DNA of 124,000 nucleotides from Wallemia ichthyophaga EXF-994 (Eukaryota; Fungi; Basidiomycota): the NCBI RefSeq assembly GCF_000400465.1, contig NW_008806282.1, positions 20,001 to 144,000 on the forward strand, given 5' to 3'. A model generated the notes under the pieces. That model was not told the DNA's origin. It saw only the letters and a program-made list of their open reading frames with translations, and searched no databases. Numbering within the stretch: the stretch's first letter is position 1; every line of letters starts with the position of its first letter. Shown here in pieces: positions 53,143-66,714 of this stretch. Made by a program: the position numbers and the translations under genes.

Positions 53143-56100
53143 ATGTAAATACGCGCGATTAGACAAAATACGCAACTGACGCAACACAGGCCACTCGAAT
53201 GGATCGAAGTGTATGACTTTAAATCTTACAAAGGCAGACACAAGATTGGTCCATTCAGCCCTTTCTCGTGCGTTATCGGCTCAAATGGCGGGGTGAGTAT
53301 ACTGCCATTTGGGACAATTCCACACAGTTTACGTGTTTACGCAGGGCAAATCTAATCTCATGGATGCCATCTCTTTCGTCCTCGGCGTGAAATCTGCTCA
53401 TCTCCGTGGTTCGAACATTAGAGATCTCATTTATCGTGGCAGGAGAGTGGGCTTGGAAGACGGCGATCAGGTTGATCAGACTCAGGAAGGTCAGAGCGAT
53501 TACTATTCTGCTCAAAAAGCCTCCGTTTTGGCTCAATACACGAGCACTTCTGGACGCGAACTCAAGTTTGAGAGAACGTGGGTGTGGAATATTATAAAGC
53601 TATTCAGCTTATCTGCTTTCAAGTATAACAATCTCTGGTTCTTCAGAATACAGGCTCAACGGCAGAGCTATCAGTTATGCAGACTACAATCAAGCACTCG
53701 TTAAAGAGAACATCCTCGTAAAGTCAAAGAACTTTCTAGTCTTCCAGGTGTGTGTGGAGATTGCGAGTTATTACACAGCTAATCCTCTATAGGGAGACGT
53801 TGAGGCAGTCGCGACGCAGTCATCTTCGCAGTTGTCGAAACTCATTGATCAAATATCAGGCTCGATAGAGTTCAAAGAGCGTTATGAAGAGACTAGGGGT
53901 GCCCAGGAGCGTGCAAACGAAACATCTGTTGCTCAAGGTTTGAAGAGACGCGTTTTGAATGGTGAAATTAAACAATTTAAGGAGCAAACATCTGAGCTCA
54001 AGCGTTTCGAGGATATGAAGGACAACAGGGTAGGCTTAAGGATTGAGGATCTCTTCGATTAGTTCTCACGTGCAATCCAGAACAACTTGATAATTAGGCT
54101 ACTGTTGATGAAATTATACCACATAGAAGCACAAATAACCACTAATACCGATGCCATCACCTCTAAGCGAGATCATTTGCAAGATCTACAACAACAACAA
54201 GTTAGTCACTGTACTATATCAGCACCCGCACTAACGCCATTCTCTAGGATGGAGCCAAAAGAGAGCTTAAAAGAGCTTCAAAAGAAAAAGCGGAAGCTCA
54301 CAATAAGACAATCAAATGCGAAAACACCATCAAATCTAGCCAGCGTGACATCGATAACAAGGTAGGTGAGAAAATGCCAAAGTTGCACAATCCGCTGACG
54401 CAAGAGTTAATTAGACTCCAAACATTGTTGCCCTTGATGCTCGAATCAGTCATGCTCGTACAAAGCTTAGAACATCAGAAACAAATGCCTCCCGTCTCCA
54501 AGCTGAAGTAGAAGAATTGCAGGAGTGTGTAAATAGGTACAAGGTAGATGTGGATAAGATTGAAAAGGCTGCCGGTCGTGCACAAGCCGAAGCTAGAAAA
54601 CTAAGCGAACAGCGCGGTGTTAATTTATCTGATGAGGATTTGAATGAGTACAGGCAGCTGAAATTGCAGGCAATGTCACTCGCACCAGAAGCTCGTCAGC
54701 AAGTTGAGGAGCTTGGACGTAATGAAAAAACGTCAAAGTCTTCGTTGAATGCAGCCAAATCACGTCTCAGTGAAGCCGAAGCTAAGCATGAGAAACTAAA
54801 GCTTGATGAACGCCGAAATGCTGCTAATGTGGAAGATACTCGAGATGGATTTCAGACTGCTCAAAGCAATTTGCAAGAAGCCAAGCAAAGGTATGACAAT
54901 TTACTTAATGAGAGGAACAAGATTGGTCAACTCGAAACTGAAAAGAATGAAAAGTTGCACGCACTTCTCGGTCAACTTTCCAGCGCTAGCCACGATCTCA
55001 GACAGACAGAACGCGATAACAAATTCAAAGACGTACTCATGACCCTGAAAAGGATGTTTCCAGGTGTTAGAGGAAAATTGGTAGATTTATGTCAACCAAC
55101 TCAGTCAAAATACTCCACGGCTGTTGTGACGGCATTAGGAAGGAACGTAGAATCAATAGTTGTTGACGATGAAGCTACCGCTATTCAATGTATCGAGTAC
55201 ATGAAGGCTCAAAGAGTTGGAAGCGCTACATACCTTCCACTAGACTCTCTTCAAGTCAAGCCAGTACAAGAGCGACTCAGAACTTTGTCATCTGGGGCGA
55301 GATTGACAGTGGACGTCTTGAAGTATGACAACATTTACGAGAAGGCTGTTCATTTTGCAGCAGGTAGCTCTCTCATTTGCGACGATATGACCATTGCGAG
55401 AGATTTGGTTTACGACAAACATCAAGATGTTAAGGCAGTCACCCTGGATGGCACGATTATTCATAGGTCAGGTCTGATAACAGGTGGTCAGGGCGCTAGA
55501 GATTCTGGTAAACGGTTTGACCAAGCTCAATACGACCAAATGATGCGCAGGAGAGATGAACTTGTAATCCAGCTGAAGGCATTGAGGAATAAGCGTCCTC
55601 AGCCTAAAGTGGACGAGGAACTTGTGCAGAACGTCAGGAAATGTGAAAATGATGAGCACAACTCTAAAGACAGCTTTGATGGAGGTGTTAGTCGTTTAGA
55701 TGGTACTCAAAAGGAATTAAAAGTTGCTGAACTCAATCATTCAGAAAAGTCAATGGAGTTGGACACTATGCGTTCTTCATACGATGCACTCAAACGTGAA
55801 CTGGATGATGTACTCGCTATAGTCCATAGAGCTGAAGATGGAGTGTTTGAGCCGTTCTGTGCAAGAATTGGAATAGAGAACATTCGTGAATACGAAGACC
55901 GAGAAGGTCGTGTGGCCGCTGCAGAAAGCGAGGCTAGAGTAAAATTCGAAACGCAAATAGCCAAGCTCAACAATCTGCTCCGCTTTGAAGAAGAACAGCT
56001 CAAGACGTCTAGCACGCGTCTTGAACGTCTTCAAAATAAGCTGGATAGTGATAGGCAGAATCTTGCGACATTTGAAAGTGAGAAGAGATCGCTCCAAGAG

Positions 56101-57286
56101 ATAGTAGATGAGATCAAAAACACAATCGCCACAAATGAAGCTCTTCTCAATGAACTGAGAGAGAGTGAGCAGAGTATTGCAGAAAACGTTGACAGTGTCA
56201 GGCGTAACTCACATAAGGCAGAGCGCCAATATGACGGTGCTTTTAAAGACATTGCAAACAATGTTAGTCTTTTCATTATTCGGGAATGCATTCACTAACT
56301 TTCTCTAGAACGACAACATTAGGATGCTGGCAAGTGAACGGTTCTCCATCTACCGTAAATGTAAAGTAGACGAATTGCCACTGGATCTTGTCGCTGGTAG
56401 CTTGGATGATGTACCATTGGATGCTGACTTGAAGGAGATTGAGCCAATGGATGTCGACGATGACGAAGATGCTACGCAGCGTGCAGTCCAGATCGAAGAC
56501 TATGGCATCGAAGTCAATTTCGATGGTGTAGAGGACGAGGACGAATTGACAGAGGAAGCTGAGTTAAAGTACCAACAAGAAATTGCTCAGATGAGTGAGG
56601 AAATTGATAGAATGGCTCCCAACCTCAAAGCCAGTGATCGGTGAGAAATTTAAATATCCATATCACGCATTGACTGACACTAAGATAGTTTATCTGATAT
56701 GAAAAAGAGGCTAAGTGAAACTGAGAAAGTATTTGAACATGCTCGAAAAGAAACAAAGCAAGCTAGAGATGCATACCAAGACGCGAAAGCTTCCCGACAA
56801 GAGTTATTCATGCAGGCTTTCGATCATCTAAGCAGTAGTATAGATGTCGTCTACAAGGAATTGACCACTTCGCGTGCCAATCCAACTGGTGGTACTGCAT
56901 ATTTGTCGCTAGAAGATGAAGACGAACCATATAATGCTGGTTTGAAGTATCATGCGATGCCACCAGGCAAACCATTTAGAGATATGTACCAGCTATCCGG
57001 TGGTGAGAAGACAATTGCAGCAATGGCTCTGCTTTTCGCCATACAGACGTACAAACCGTCTCCGTTCTTTGTTCTTGACGAGGTTGACTCTGCGCTAGAC
57101 AATCAAAACGCCGCCCAAATAGCCAAGTATCTCCGAAACCATCTGCGAGAATCACAGTATATTTTCATTACACACTCTTCTAGAGTGTATGAGAGAGCTG
57201 ATGCTTTGGTTGGTGTGTTTAGGAATGGTGACATCAATTCTAGTCAAGTTCTCACCCTTGATCTTACTCAGTACGATGAGCCTTAA
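53143..57286 (+). CDS. SMC1: Cohesin subunit Smc1
   Basis: MPLEWIEVYDFKSY, Walker A GSNGAGKSN, hinge FPGVRGKLVDLCQP, LSGGEKT, FFVLDEVDSALD; ATG split by intron 53145-53189. Confidence 0.97.
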
Positions 57287-58228
57287 ACCTCCTGGTTTAC
57301 CTGTACTTTAAGTCTTTAACTGAATGTATTTGTTATTATTTCTAATTGGCAATTAGTAGTTCAGGACTTTTTGAAGTAGAATTCTTTGTTTAAGGCTGAC
57401 ATTTTCGAAGTTGCGGAGGAAGGTGATTACCTCCCCAGTTTACACCCATTGATATGCGCCAAGTTAATGAGAAGCATGTACATTAAAATCATTTTCAAAG
57501 GTATACAGCTGTGACATATTCACTGAAACGTGATGTAAAATACTTGTGCCTCACTGGCATGAAGTTTTGCATATTTTGTCGTATTCCTGAGACCCTGAAG
57601 AGGACACACGGGACGTCGATACATAGACAACAAGCTTGTTGATGCCTTTACCTAGGTGAGACAGATTTCGAACGTCATCAGCGGAGTCATCATCATCTTC
57701 AAATCGGAATGAGTCAAATTTGAAGCAACCGACAGCGAGCTATTTAAGCTTAACGTGACCGTCAGTAGTATTCTTTCTTATCTAAAATGATGCTCTCTGA
57801 AAGGCTTACACCAACATATGTCGAGAGCTAATCTTCCGAGCCTGTTTGAAGTTAAAGAGTGATTTCGATGTAATAAGTTACGAATTTATAATAAATGATC
57901 ATATGTATAAGCTCAATTGAGAGATTGGAAGAGTTCAAGTATGGCTTCGGTTGTTTCGGAAGAGGTGAAAGCTGGTAAATAGATACACAGAGCCTTAAAT
58001 AATTAGAGCATAGTGTTTGTAATATCCTACCTAAAGATAATTGCGCTTATCAAGTGGCTGCGAGACAATTGATATGCTCTCAAGTCGAGAAAGATCACAA
58101 GGAACAAATCGGAGGAGTTAGAGTATTTAAATAAGCAGCTACAACACTAGGATATTGTTTTACAAATTTTATTCGATGGAAGGCTGATATCATTGAAGAA
58201 GACGCTGTTAAAGTCAACGACGTCAAAG

Positions 58229-58616
58229 ATGGACGAAGCAACGCAAGTGAGTGGCTGTAAAATTCGCAGCGAAATATCTCATATGAAACAGCGCGAACTG
58301 AATACTTTCGTTGAACAAGAACAAGCCAAGGCCAAGTTGCAATCTTCTACACACACATTTACGGAAATGTGCTGGAACAAGTGAGCGAGTGGGGCATCTC
58401 CTATAAATACTAACAGTCACAAAGGTGCATTACTGGCTCAATTAGTTCCCGCTTCTCAAAGTCTGAGGAGTCTTGTTTGGTGAACTGCGTTGACCGATTC
58501 CTGTGAGTGATGATCTTCTCTTGATACTCATCTAAATCTGAATATTATACAGTGACACATCATTACACATTGTTAAAGCATTGGACCACCAAAGGCAACA
58601 AATGCAACCTCAATAG
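58229..58616 (+). CDS. TIM8: Small Tim chaperone Tim8
   Basis: RELNTFVEQEQAKAKLQSSTHTFTEMCWNK|CITG...SCLVNCVDRFLDTS twin CX3C. Confidence 0.9.
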
Positions 58617-58695
58617 ATTCCTATACATGACCTACGCCATTAATAAGAACTGTTCTTTATTAGTTGAGTACAGCTAGAATTACATTAAGAAAGAC

Positions 58696-61129
58696 CTAAA
58701 ATGGTTGAGGAAAGTTATTTGAATGGTTGCGCGTGAAAGAAAACTGTTGGAGCATTTTCAACATCCCCTTATCACCATCTCCGCCGAAACCGTCCTCCAA
58801 ATTGTTTTGTTCTCCTTCATATTCGTACACCTCTCCTAAGCCAAACTCAGGCGATTTTATACCTCCATTACGCCTAGACGATGGCATGACTGAGTCAGAC
58901 ATTTTCTGCACAAAGACTGATCCTGCCTGGTCGCTCGGAATCCACTTGGGATTTGCAGCTTTGAAATTCATCACACTCTTCTCCAATTTTCCATCCTGGC
59001 TCATTAGTTTCACATTTTGAGCATCTTTAGGTGCACCAAACTAGATACCATGTTAGTGGTATCTTAGATTGTACACAAACAAGCCTACCTTTGTGTTACC
59101 GTGTCTGACGAAATCAAAGTGTGCAAAAGAGCAGATATAACCAAGCTGATCAACCTTGACAGTCGACTGAGACACAAAGTCAATGATCGCTGGTGAGGAT
59201 TTTGGTAAAGAGTAGTAGAGAATAAGAGGCGTAAAAACGACTGAAAGAATCTCTTGAAGGAAGATAACTATTTTGAGCTCAAATAGCTTTGAAAATTCCC
59301 TATGAATGCTCTTTGAGTGCATTTGACTTTGCCATTCTTGGGGCAGATGGTGAGTATAAGCGCATGCCCTCCTCAAAAGTCTTTCGGGGTCATTAACTTC
59401 ATTCTCTACTGGTACCATTCCACGAGCAATAGCGAGAATTGTCCCAAACAATCCAATGTAGAATACAGTCGTGCGCTGTGGAGATATCTCAAAATGCAAA
59501 AACATGTCTTAGAAGGAATTAGCAGGGCATGTCTTCAAAAATAGTCTGCATACCTGGATCTATAACAGATGCGAGTATTAGAACAGCGGCAAATGAACCA
59601 GCCACAAAGGCTACAAAGCGCGCCACGATTGCTGCCTTTTCGTTGGGAAATTGCACAATGTATTTTTGGGCATCGTCGTAGGACATATTGAGACGCTTCT
59701 GAAAAATATGTTGAAGCTCGTTAAACTCTCTAAACTTCCACCTTGCAAGCTCGGTGTAATTTCTAGAGCCTATTGAAGATGGATTCTTGTGATACTCCTC
59801 GAAATACCTAAAGAACGAGTAGAAGAGTAGAAATATGACTAAAAATGGAGCAAGAAGAGCGTTTATGAACGCCAAAACTGTAAAGCGCTTCTTCAATCTA
59901 AAATGTGTTAGTCATCTGGTTAGTAAAAACAGTCACACTAACTCTTGGACATTGCGACCACGTGCTGAAGATTGGAGTATTTCAGGCTTAACTTGACCTT
60001 TCTCGTCAAAGACGTGTCCAAGCAACGCAAATGAGAGATTCCACTCTAACGCCTTTGTCAAGCCATTTGACGTTGCGAAACTGAGCATCTTGTTAATAAT
60101 TCGGTTTTGGATGGGTATATTGATATTCAAGAGGTCCTTGTTGAATAGCGCAATGAGATAATTCTCCTGTCGCATGATTCTGTTTGCGACATCAAGCACA
60201 TCAAGCTGTGCAACCGGATTATGAGAAACATCCACACTCGATAACGCAGTCAAAGGGTTGGACTGCCTAATATGAGAGATCCGCGACACGATTTCCTCCC
60301 ACGATATAGTCTGAACATCACTCTGGAGGTGAGTTAGCGATGCTATCAAGGGAGCCAAACGAAAGACTTACATCAGGAATATGCAGGACGTGTGTGTAGA
60401 ACTTGTACATGTCGACAAGAGCTCGCATTGACAGCACGAATGTTAGTACCTGGTATACATAAAAGGTACCAAACGCAAGCAGCCATATCCAAGTTAAGAA
60501 AGGGAACCTATCGAATTGTTAGTAAGCAATGTATCGAGATACTAACTTACCTGGAAACGCAATGAGGAATTACTATATCAGACAGATTGCCGTTGTGTGT
60601 AATAGCAGAATAGTCGATACAGCCCAAGAGGAAGGTAGAGAAGATGAAAACAAAACCAACGGTAGCGAGGTTGAGAGCTCTCGTAAGAATGATGCAGTAA
60701 ATACCCTTATTTGTGTAATATCCATATGCCTGCGAGAGGATTACGTCAATAAGATAGTGGATGAGGATATCTACGCACGTCTTGAAGGAATTTGTCAAGA
60801 TTCTGGACATTAACCCATTTCCACATAGCGAGTTGATGTGCACTCATGCTCCTGCTACTAGGCTGGTAGCTGCTGTTGCGTTGTTGCTGTGGTAAGGGGA
60901 TTGATGGTTCCGTGTGGGTGTACTTGATGGGGATATCTCTACGATCATCTAGGCTAGTACGCTGATCACCTTCAACGAGGATACTGGGCGGTGGGCCATC
61001 ATCTTCATCTGTATGGCGTGGATTGAGCTCGACGGTCTCGTGGATATCCTGCTCGTCGTCTTCAAGTGGAGCGTAAGTACTCCTTCGCGAATTCATCAGC
61101 ATATTTAATATCGGGGTACTGATATCCAT
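58696..61129 (-). CDS. ATG9: Autophagy protein Atg9
   Basis: WKWVNVQNLDKFLQD, LDVANRIMRQENYLIALFNK, ARWKFREFNEL, VDQLGYICSFAHFDF, GKLEKSVMNFKAANPKW. Confidence 0.95.
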
Positions 61130-61204
61130 CTGTTATTTTATTGGTGGTTGTTATGATTAAACCCGAGAGATAAGATGGCGGCCTCTTAATCATATACGTC
61201 CATC

Positions 61205-63505
61205 ATGTCAGTTCATTAGTTGTTATTTTCTCCGCTAACAGCCCAGCAGGTCTCGTGTCATCGTTAAGGGATTACCGTCAACGGCTGATAACAGTGCGCT
61301 GAGAACTCACTTCGGCAGCAGAGGTGCGACTATCACAGACGCTAAGGTGGTTTTTAAGAAGGGCAGCGGGGTGGGCACGAGCAGACAATTAGGGAAATCC
61401 AGGGGTTTTGGTTTCGTAGGATTTAAAACGCCAGAAGAAGCCCACGAAGCTTTGCAATTCTTCAACAATACATACTGGGGCACATCGAAGCTCGAAGTTG
61501 AACTTATTAGTGACAATAAGAGTATTCAAGAGCAGCTTCTTGACGGTAAAGAGACTAGAGCGAAGCGTAGAAGGAAGGAAGGAAACGAAGGTAAGGAGGA
61601 GTCAGACAGTGAGGATGAATCAAACAAGAGAATAAAGACACTTAAGCCTGTACATCTCAAGGCTATCGAGATGCAGAAAGCAAAGAACAATACTGGCAAT
61701 GTGGATCAAGGCCAAGTTGAGGACGTAGAGAAGGATGTAAATACAGAAATGTCTGATCTGGATTACATGCGCGCTAGAATGAAAAGGCGTCATATTCCCG
61801 AAGAGCTCGACGACCCAAGCAATAGAGTCCCCGAACACCCACCACAGCCACAGGAAACACCAGAACAAGCTGAAGCTCGTAAGCAAGCAGAGGTTATCGA
61901 TCAGGTTATGGAAACAGCTCGTATTTTCCTTCGTAATTTGCCATTCAGCTGCACTGAGGAGGACCTCAAGACGGAGTTCTCCAAGTTTGGCGTTGTAAAC
62001 CAAGCTCATATACCGCTTAGTAATGATACAAAGACTCCCATTGGTATGGCTTACATCTCATTTGCATCTCCAAATTCTGCAGTTGCTGCTTTTAAGGCGT
62101 CGGACGGATCAATTTTCCAGGGAAGACTACTTCACGTCCTTCCTGCAGTTAACAAGCGTGCACCTCAGGATCAATCAAATGCAAGCTTTAAAAAGATTCG
62201 TAATAAGGATAGAAAAGAGGGCGCTGAGAGCAGAGATTTCAGTTGGTCTGGTTTATATATGAATGTAGGTAGCAAGTGTGAGGCGATTCAAGTACACTAA
62301 CACACTTTGCGTAGGCTGATGCAGTTGTCAGCTCTCTTGCATCAAGATTGAAAATAGATAAATCTGAGATACTCAGCTCAGAATCCTCTTCTAATCCAGC
62401 AGTCAAGGTTGCTTTGGCAGAGACACACATTATTAACGAAACAAAAGGATTTTTGAAAGATCAGGGGGTGAATTTAGATGCATTCTCTCCCGAAAACAAA
62501 GGACCTAGACTTGAGAATACAATCCTAGTGAAAAACATTCCATTTGGGACGAGTGTCGATGACCTTGATGCAATTTTCAGACCATTTGGAGAAATAGGCA
62601 GGCTGCTTTTACCACCAGCTGGTACGATTGCAGTAGTTGAATTCACATTACCTCAAGATGCTCGCACAGCGTTTAAGAAGCTAGCGTACAAGAGATTGGG
62701 CAACTCCGTCCTGTATCTCGAAAAGGCGCCAGACGGAATATGGAGTAAAGAGCAACCATCTTCAGAGGCTATCGCTGGTGGACCTAAACCAGTCGAAGTG
62801 AAGGAGAATGAAGCATCCAATGAGGATGGAGGAGAAGCAGCCAGCACGCTCTTTATTAAGAACATTGCATTCAGCAGCACCGAATCTAAGCTTGCTTCCA
62901 TATTCTCCTCCATTTCTGGATATAGATACGCAAGAATACAAACTAAACCTGATCCTAAGAAGCCTAGCAACCGACTAAGCATGGGATATGGTTTTGTTGG
63001 ATTTGATAATGAAGAGCACGCAAAGCATGCCCTTTCAACGATGCAGAACTACGTTTTAGATGGGCATTCACTGCAAGTTAAATTCGCACAACGTGGCAAA
63101 GAGTTAGACTCTACAAACACCACTTCGATGGGTCAATCGAAGACGACAAAGATGATTGTCAAGAATGTTCCGTTCGAAGCAACGAAGAAGGATGTCAGAG
63201 AGCTGTTCGGTATGCATGGTCAGCTCAAATCTGTCAGAGTGCCGCGCAAATTCGACAGAAAGACGCGCGGTTTTGCCTTTTTGGACTTTGTTACAAGGAG
63301 GGATGCGGAGATCGCTTACGAGAGTCTAAGACATACACATTTGTTGGGGCGTCACTTAGTTCTTCAATGGGCTGATGATGAGGCCGCGAATGACATTGAT
63401 GCTCTCAGGGAGAAGACTGCGTCGTCGAGGTCGACCAATATGCCAACGAACAAGACCAAGTTTGTTGGACCGGAGGATTTGGCGTTGGAGGATACTAGCG
63501 ACTAG
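61205..63505 (+). CDS. MRD1: Multiple-RRM ribosome biogenesis protein Mrd1
   Basis: MSRVIVKGLP, ARIFLRNLPF, AVKVALAETHII, KMIVKNVPFEATKKDVRELF, LLGRHLVLQWA; ATG split by intron 61207-61249. Confidence 0.95.
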
Positions 63506-63593
63506 AATTGTGAGATTAGTGCATGAATAGATATTTATTGTTATATAACTTTAAGTTATTTGTCTCTTTCTCACCACCACCGATAAGCTATCG

Positions 63594-66067
63594 ATGACGC
63601 TGCCATATTACAGAATATCATCGACTTTAGAAGGGCACAGCGATGATGTGAAAGCTGTGCATGGCTGCTCAGACAATTCAATTTTATCAGCCAGCAGAGA
63701 CGGGAGTGTGAAAAGATGGACGATGGATTTGAACGAGTACAAGCTGGAAGGGACATACGTAGGGCATGGTGCGTATGTGAACAGCGTGGTATACAATGAG
63801 GGTGAGTCTTTCTCCGCTCACTAGCACGTTTACGCTCACACTCCAACGGACGTGAAAGAGATAATCTCAGGAGGTTCAGACTCGAGGGTGTTAGTGCACG
63901 ATTTGGACCGTCAGGACAAGCCCCGCGAGACCCTGCTAGAGCATTGGGGCAACGTTTGCTGTTTATCAGTACACTCGGAAACACTAGTCAGCGGCAGCTG
64001 GGATTTGAGTGCGCGGGTGTGGAGAGCGCAAAAAGGGCAATACGAGCAGACGCTCAGACTAGACGGACATGAAGAGGCAGTTTGGGACGTTAAATGTCTT
64101 TGCGATGGCTCCTTCCTGACAGCCTCAGCTGATAAGGTTATTCGCCGGTTTGATAAGTCCGGAAGGCTTATCAAGCGCTATCAAGGACACTCCGAGCCCG
64201 TTCGCTCACTTGCTTTGTTGAATAACGACGCCTTCTTCTTGTCGGCGTCTAATGATGGCACACTGCGCAAGTGGGCTGTCGAGACTGGAGAGCAAGTGTG
64301 CGTTATGCGTGGACATTCGTCGTTTGTGTATGCAGTGGCTGCACTTGCATCGCCCACCGATGATGATTTCGTTGTCAGTTGCGGAGAGGATTTTGAAGTG
64401 AGATTGTGGCTGGGTGAGTTTGGGCTATTGCAGTGCCTCCTTTATGGCTAATCGAAGAACCAACTTCAGGTGAAACCTGCTTGCAGACTATTCTCATACC
64501 CGCTGTGTCTATCTGGAGCGTCACTGTGCTTCCGAATGGCGATTTCGCAGTCGGTACTTCGCAGAATCTTGTTCATGTCTTCACACGTGCGGAAGAGCGT
64601 ACAGCTACCAATGTAGCTTTAGATGTGGGTTTTGTGGTTTATCGGTAGCTGTGTCTCAGACAATAAATCAGGAATGGGAAGCACAATCAGCGCAGCTGAA
64701 GGAGAGGTTTGTGACTGTACACTTATCGTCCTTAACACTAACAAAGCCAGACAAACGGGCAGATCAGAAGAGCGGTTGGTGAATGAAAAGTCACCGGTAC
64801 TGATTGATATAGACGTCGATGATGACACACCGAATCTGCAGCTCAAGTGGGAAATGGGCGATGATGTAAACGAGACTGCCAGGAGGTTTGTCGAGGAGCA
64901 CAGCTTGTCGCCGAACTATGAAGATCAGATAGCGCAGTTCCTATGGCAGGCCGTGGGAGGCGTAGGAGGGGTGGAGGTAGGACAGCAGATTGATAGCGTT
65001 GAGGGTGCGCATAATGATGCGGAAGCAGAGTCAGAATCAGAATCAGAATCAGAGTCAGAAGAGTCATTAAAGCCGCCAAAGTCAAATTCACAGTCAGAGT
65101 CAAAATCAGAGTCGCCAAAGTCAAAGACAAAGTCGCCAATTAAGCGACTCGCAGAAATACTAACATCCAGTGCGAGTAGGTAGCATAGAAAGTGTCAAGA
65201 AATGACTAACCAGGTTGTGCAGCTAGGAGGGTGATTGTGATGGCTGGCGCTGGAGTATCGACGGGTGCGGGACTACCAGATTTCCGCTCACCTAACACGG
65301 GGCTGTACGACAATCTGAAGCAATACAATCTGCCCTACCCGGAGGCGGTTTTCGATGTGGATTTCTTCCGGGAGCAGCCCGAGCCATTTTACGCTTTAGC
65401 CAAGGAGCTATACCCTGGGTCGTACCTGCCTACGATGACGCATTATTTCTTCAGACTGCTTGAAGTGCGAGGCATTCTCAAGCGCGTGTTCACGCAGAAT
65501 ATCGATACATTGGAGAGAGTAGCGGGTGTTTCTGACGAGAAGATGGTAGAGGCGCACGGGTCGTTTGTGCGAGCTCGTTGCATAGATTGCAAGGTGGTGA
65601 GCGATGGGGCATACGTCAAGCGGTGCGTAATGCAAGGTGTCATACCACGCTGTCAAGAGGAGAACTGCTCGGCTTATGTTAAACCTGATATAACATTCTT
65701 CGGAGAGGCTCTCCCGAAAAGGTTCTTCGATCAGCTGGATGACTTGGGTGAATGCGATCTGCTCATGGTGCTCGGGACTTCGCTCGAGGTGCACCCTTTC
65801 GCTAGCCTCATTGGTTTGGTGGAGAAGAGCGTTCCGCGCGCGCTGCTCAATCTTGAACGTGTGGGTGAGCGCAAGTATGACGGAGGGTTTGATTTCGAGG
65901 ACGGGAGCAGGGATATCTTCTGCGGAGGTAGAACAGACAATGTCATTGTCGAGCTGGCCAAGGAGTGTGGGTGGCTCGATGAACTGATGGAGCTGTACAC
66001 CACTGAGCGGGGAAGCAAGGCGAAAGAGTTTGCACTGGAGGGTGCGCTCGACAAGTTGAGATTGTAG
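63594..66067 (+). CDS. Fusion gene: Doa1/PLAA WD40+PFU joined to an Hst2/SIRT2-like sirtuin
   Basis: Doa1-type WD repeats; PFU (IDIDVDDDTPNLQLKW...ARRFVEEHSLSPNYEDQIAQFL); the same exon continues into IKRLAEIL; phase-1 intron 65176-65222 joins RRVIVMAGAGVSTGAGLPDFRS; TQNIDTLE, HG, four Zn cysteines, GTSL. Confidence 0.8.
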
Positions 66068-66226
66068 AGTTGTTTTACTACTATCACATAATGACGTATC
66101 AGAATGGCTTAATAACATATTACAAGTTAAAGGTAGTGAATAGCCTGCTAGCTTAGATATTTTAACAACTGGAGAGTTGAGAAAGAGGGAGATAAAAGCA
66201 TGAGCCCTAAAAAAAAGAAGACCCAT

Positions 66227-66664
66227 CTACTCATCGTCTTCGTCACTCTTAGCCTCCTCTTCGTCATCATCGATTTCTTCCTTCTTTGCAGGTTTCTTAG
66301 ATTTAGTAGACTTCTTGCTATTCTTGCTTTTCTTTTCATCCTCGTCGTCATCGTCATCCACCTTGTCTGCCTCCTTGCTAGATTCATACTCTTTCTTTTC
66401 TTTTTCATATCTGGCTTTATCAGCCGCAGCCATATCCTCGTATGGCTTCCTCTCCTCACTGCCCATTTCCTTCCACTTGGCACCGAGCAGTCTACCAATT
66501 TCGCCAAAGGATACTTTGTCATTCTCTTCCTTTACGCGAGGACGCCATTCTTGTGACATGTACATGTACGCAGATAGCGCGCGCTTGGGAGCGTTTTCAT
66601 CTTTCTTTCCTTTTGTGGATGCTTTCTTGGTATTAGCGCGTGGTTTTGTCTCTGCTTTTGGCAT
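66227..66664 (-). CDS. NHP6: HMG-box protein Nhp6
   Basis: KDENAPKRALSAYMYMSQEWRPRVKEEN...FGEIGRLLGAKWKEM...KPYEDMAAADKARYEKEK; acidic tail. Confidence 0.92.
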   Translation of the reverse strand: MPKAETKPRANTKKASTKGKKDENAPKRALSAYMYMSQEWRPRVKEENDKVSFGEIGRLLGAKWKEMGSEERKPYEDMAAADKARYEKEKKEYESSKEADKVDDDDDEDEKKSKNSKKSTKSKKPAKKEEIDDDEEEAKSDEDDE

Positions 66665-66709
66665 CTGCGGGAGGTGTTAAACAAGTATGGGGGTGTGAGG
66701 AATGTGGTT

Positions 66710-66714
<5 letters not shown>

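Noticed and set aside
65408-66226. 272-aa antisense ORF over the sirtuin exon, and similar long antisense ORFs over YEF3, SEC21, SMC6 and TAH18
   Set aside because: These are shadow ORFs from codon bias of the sense genes, with no recognisable motifs.
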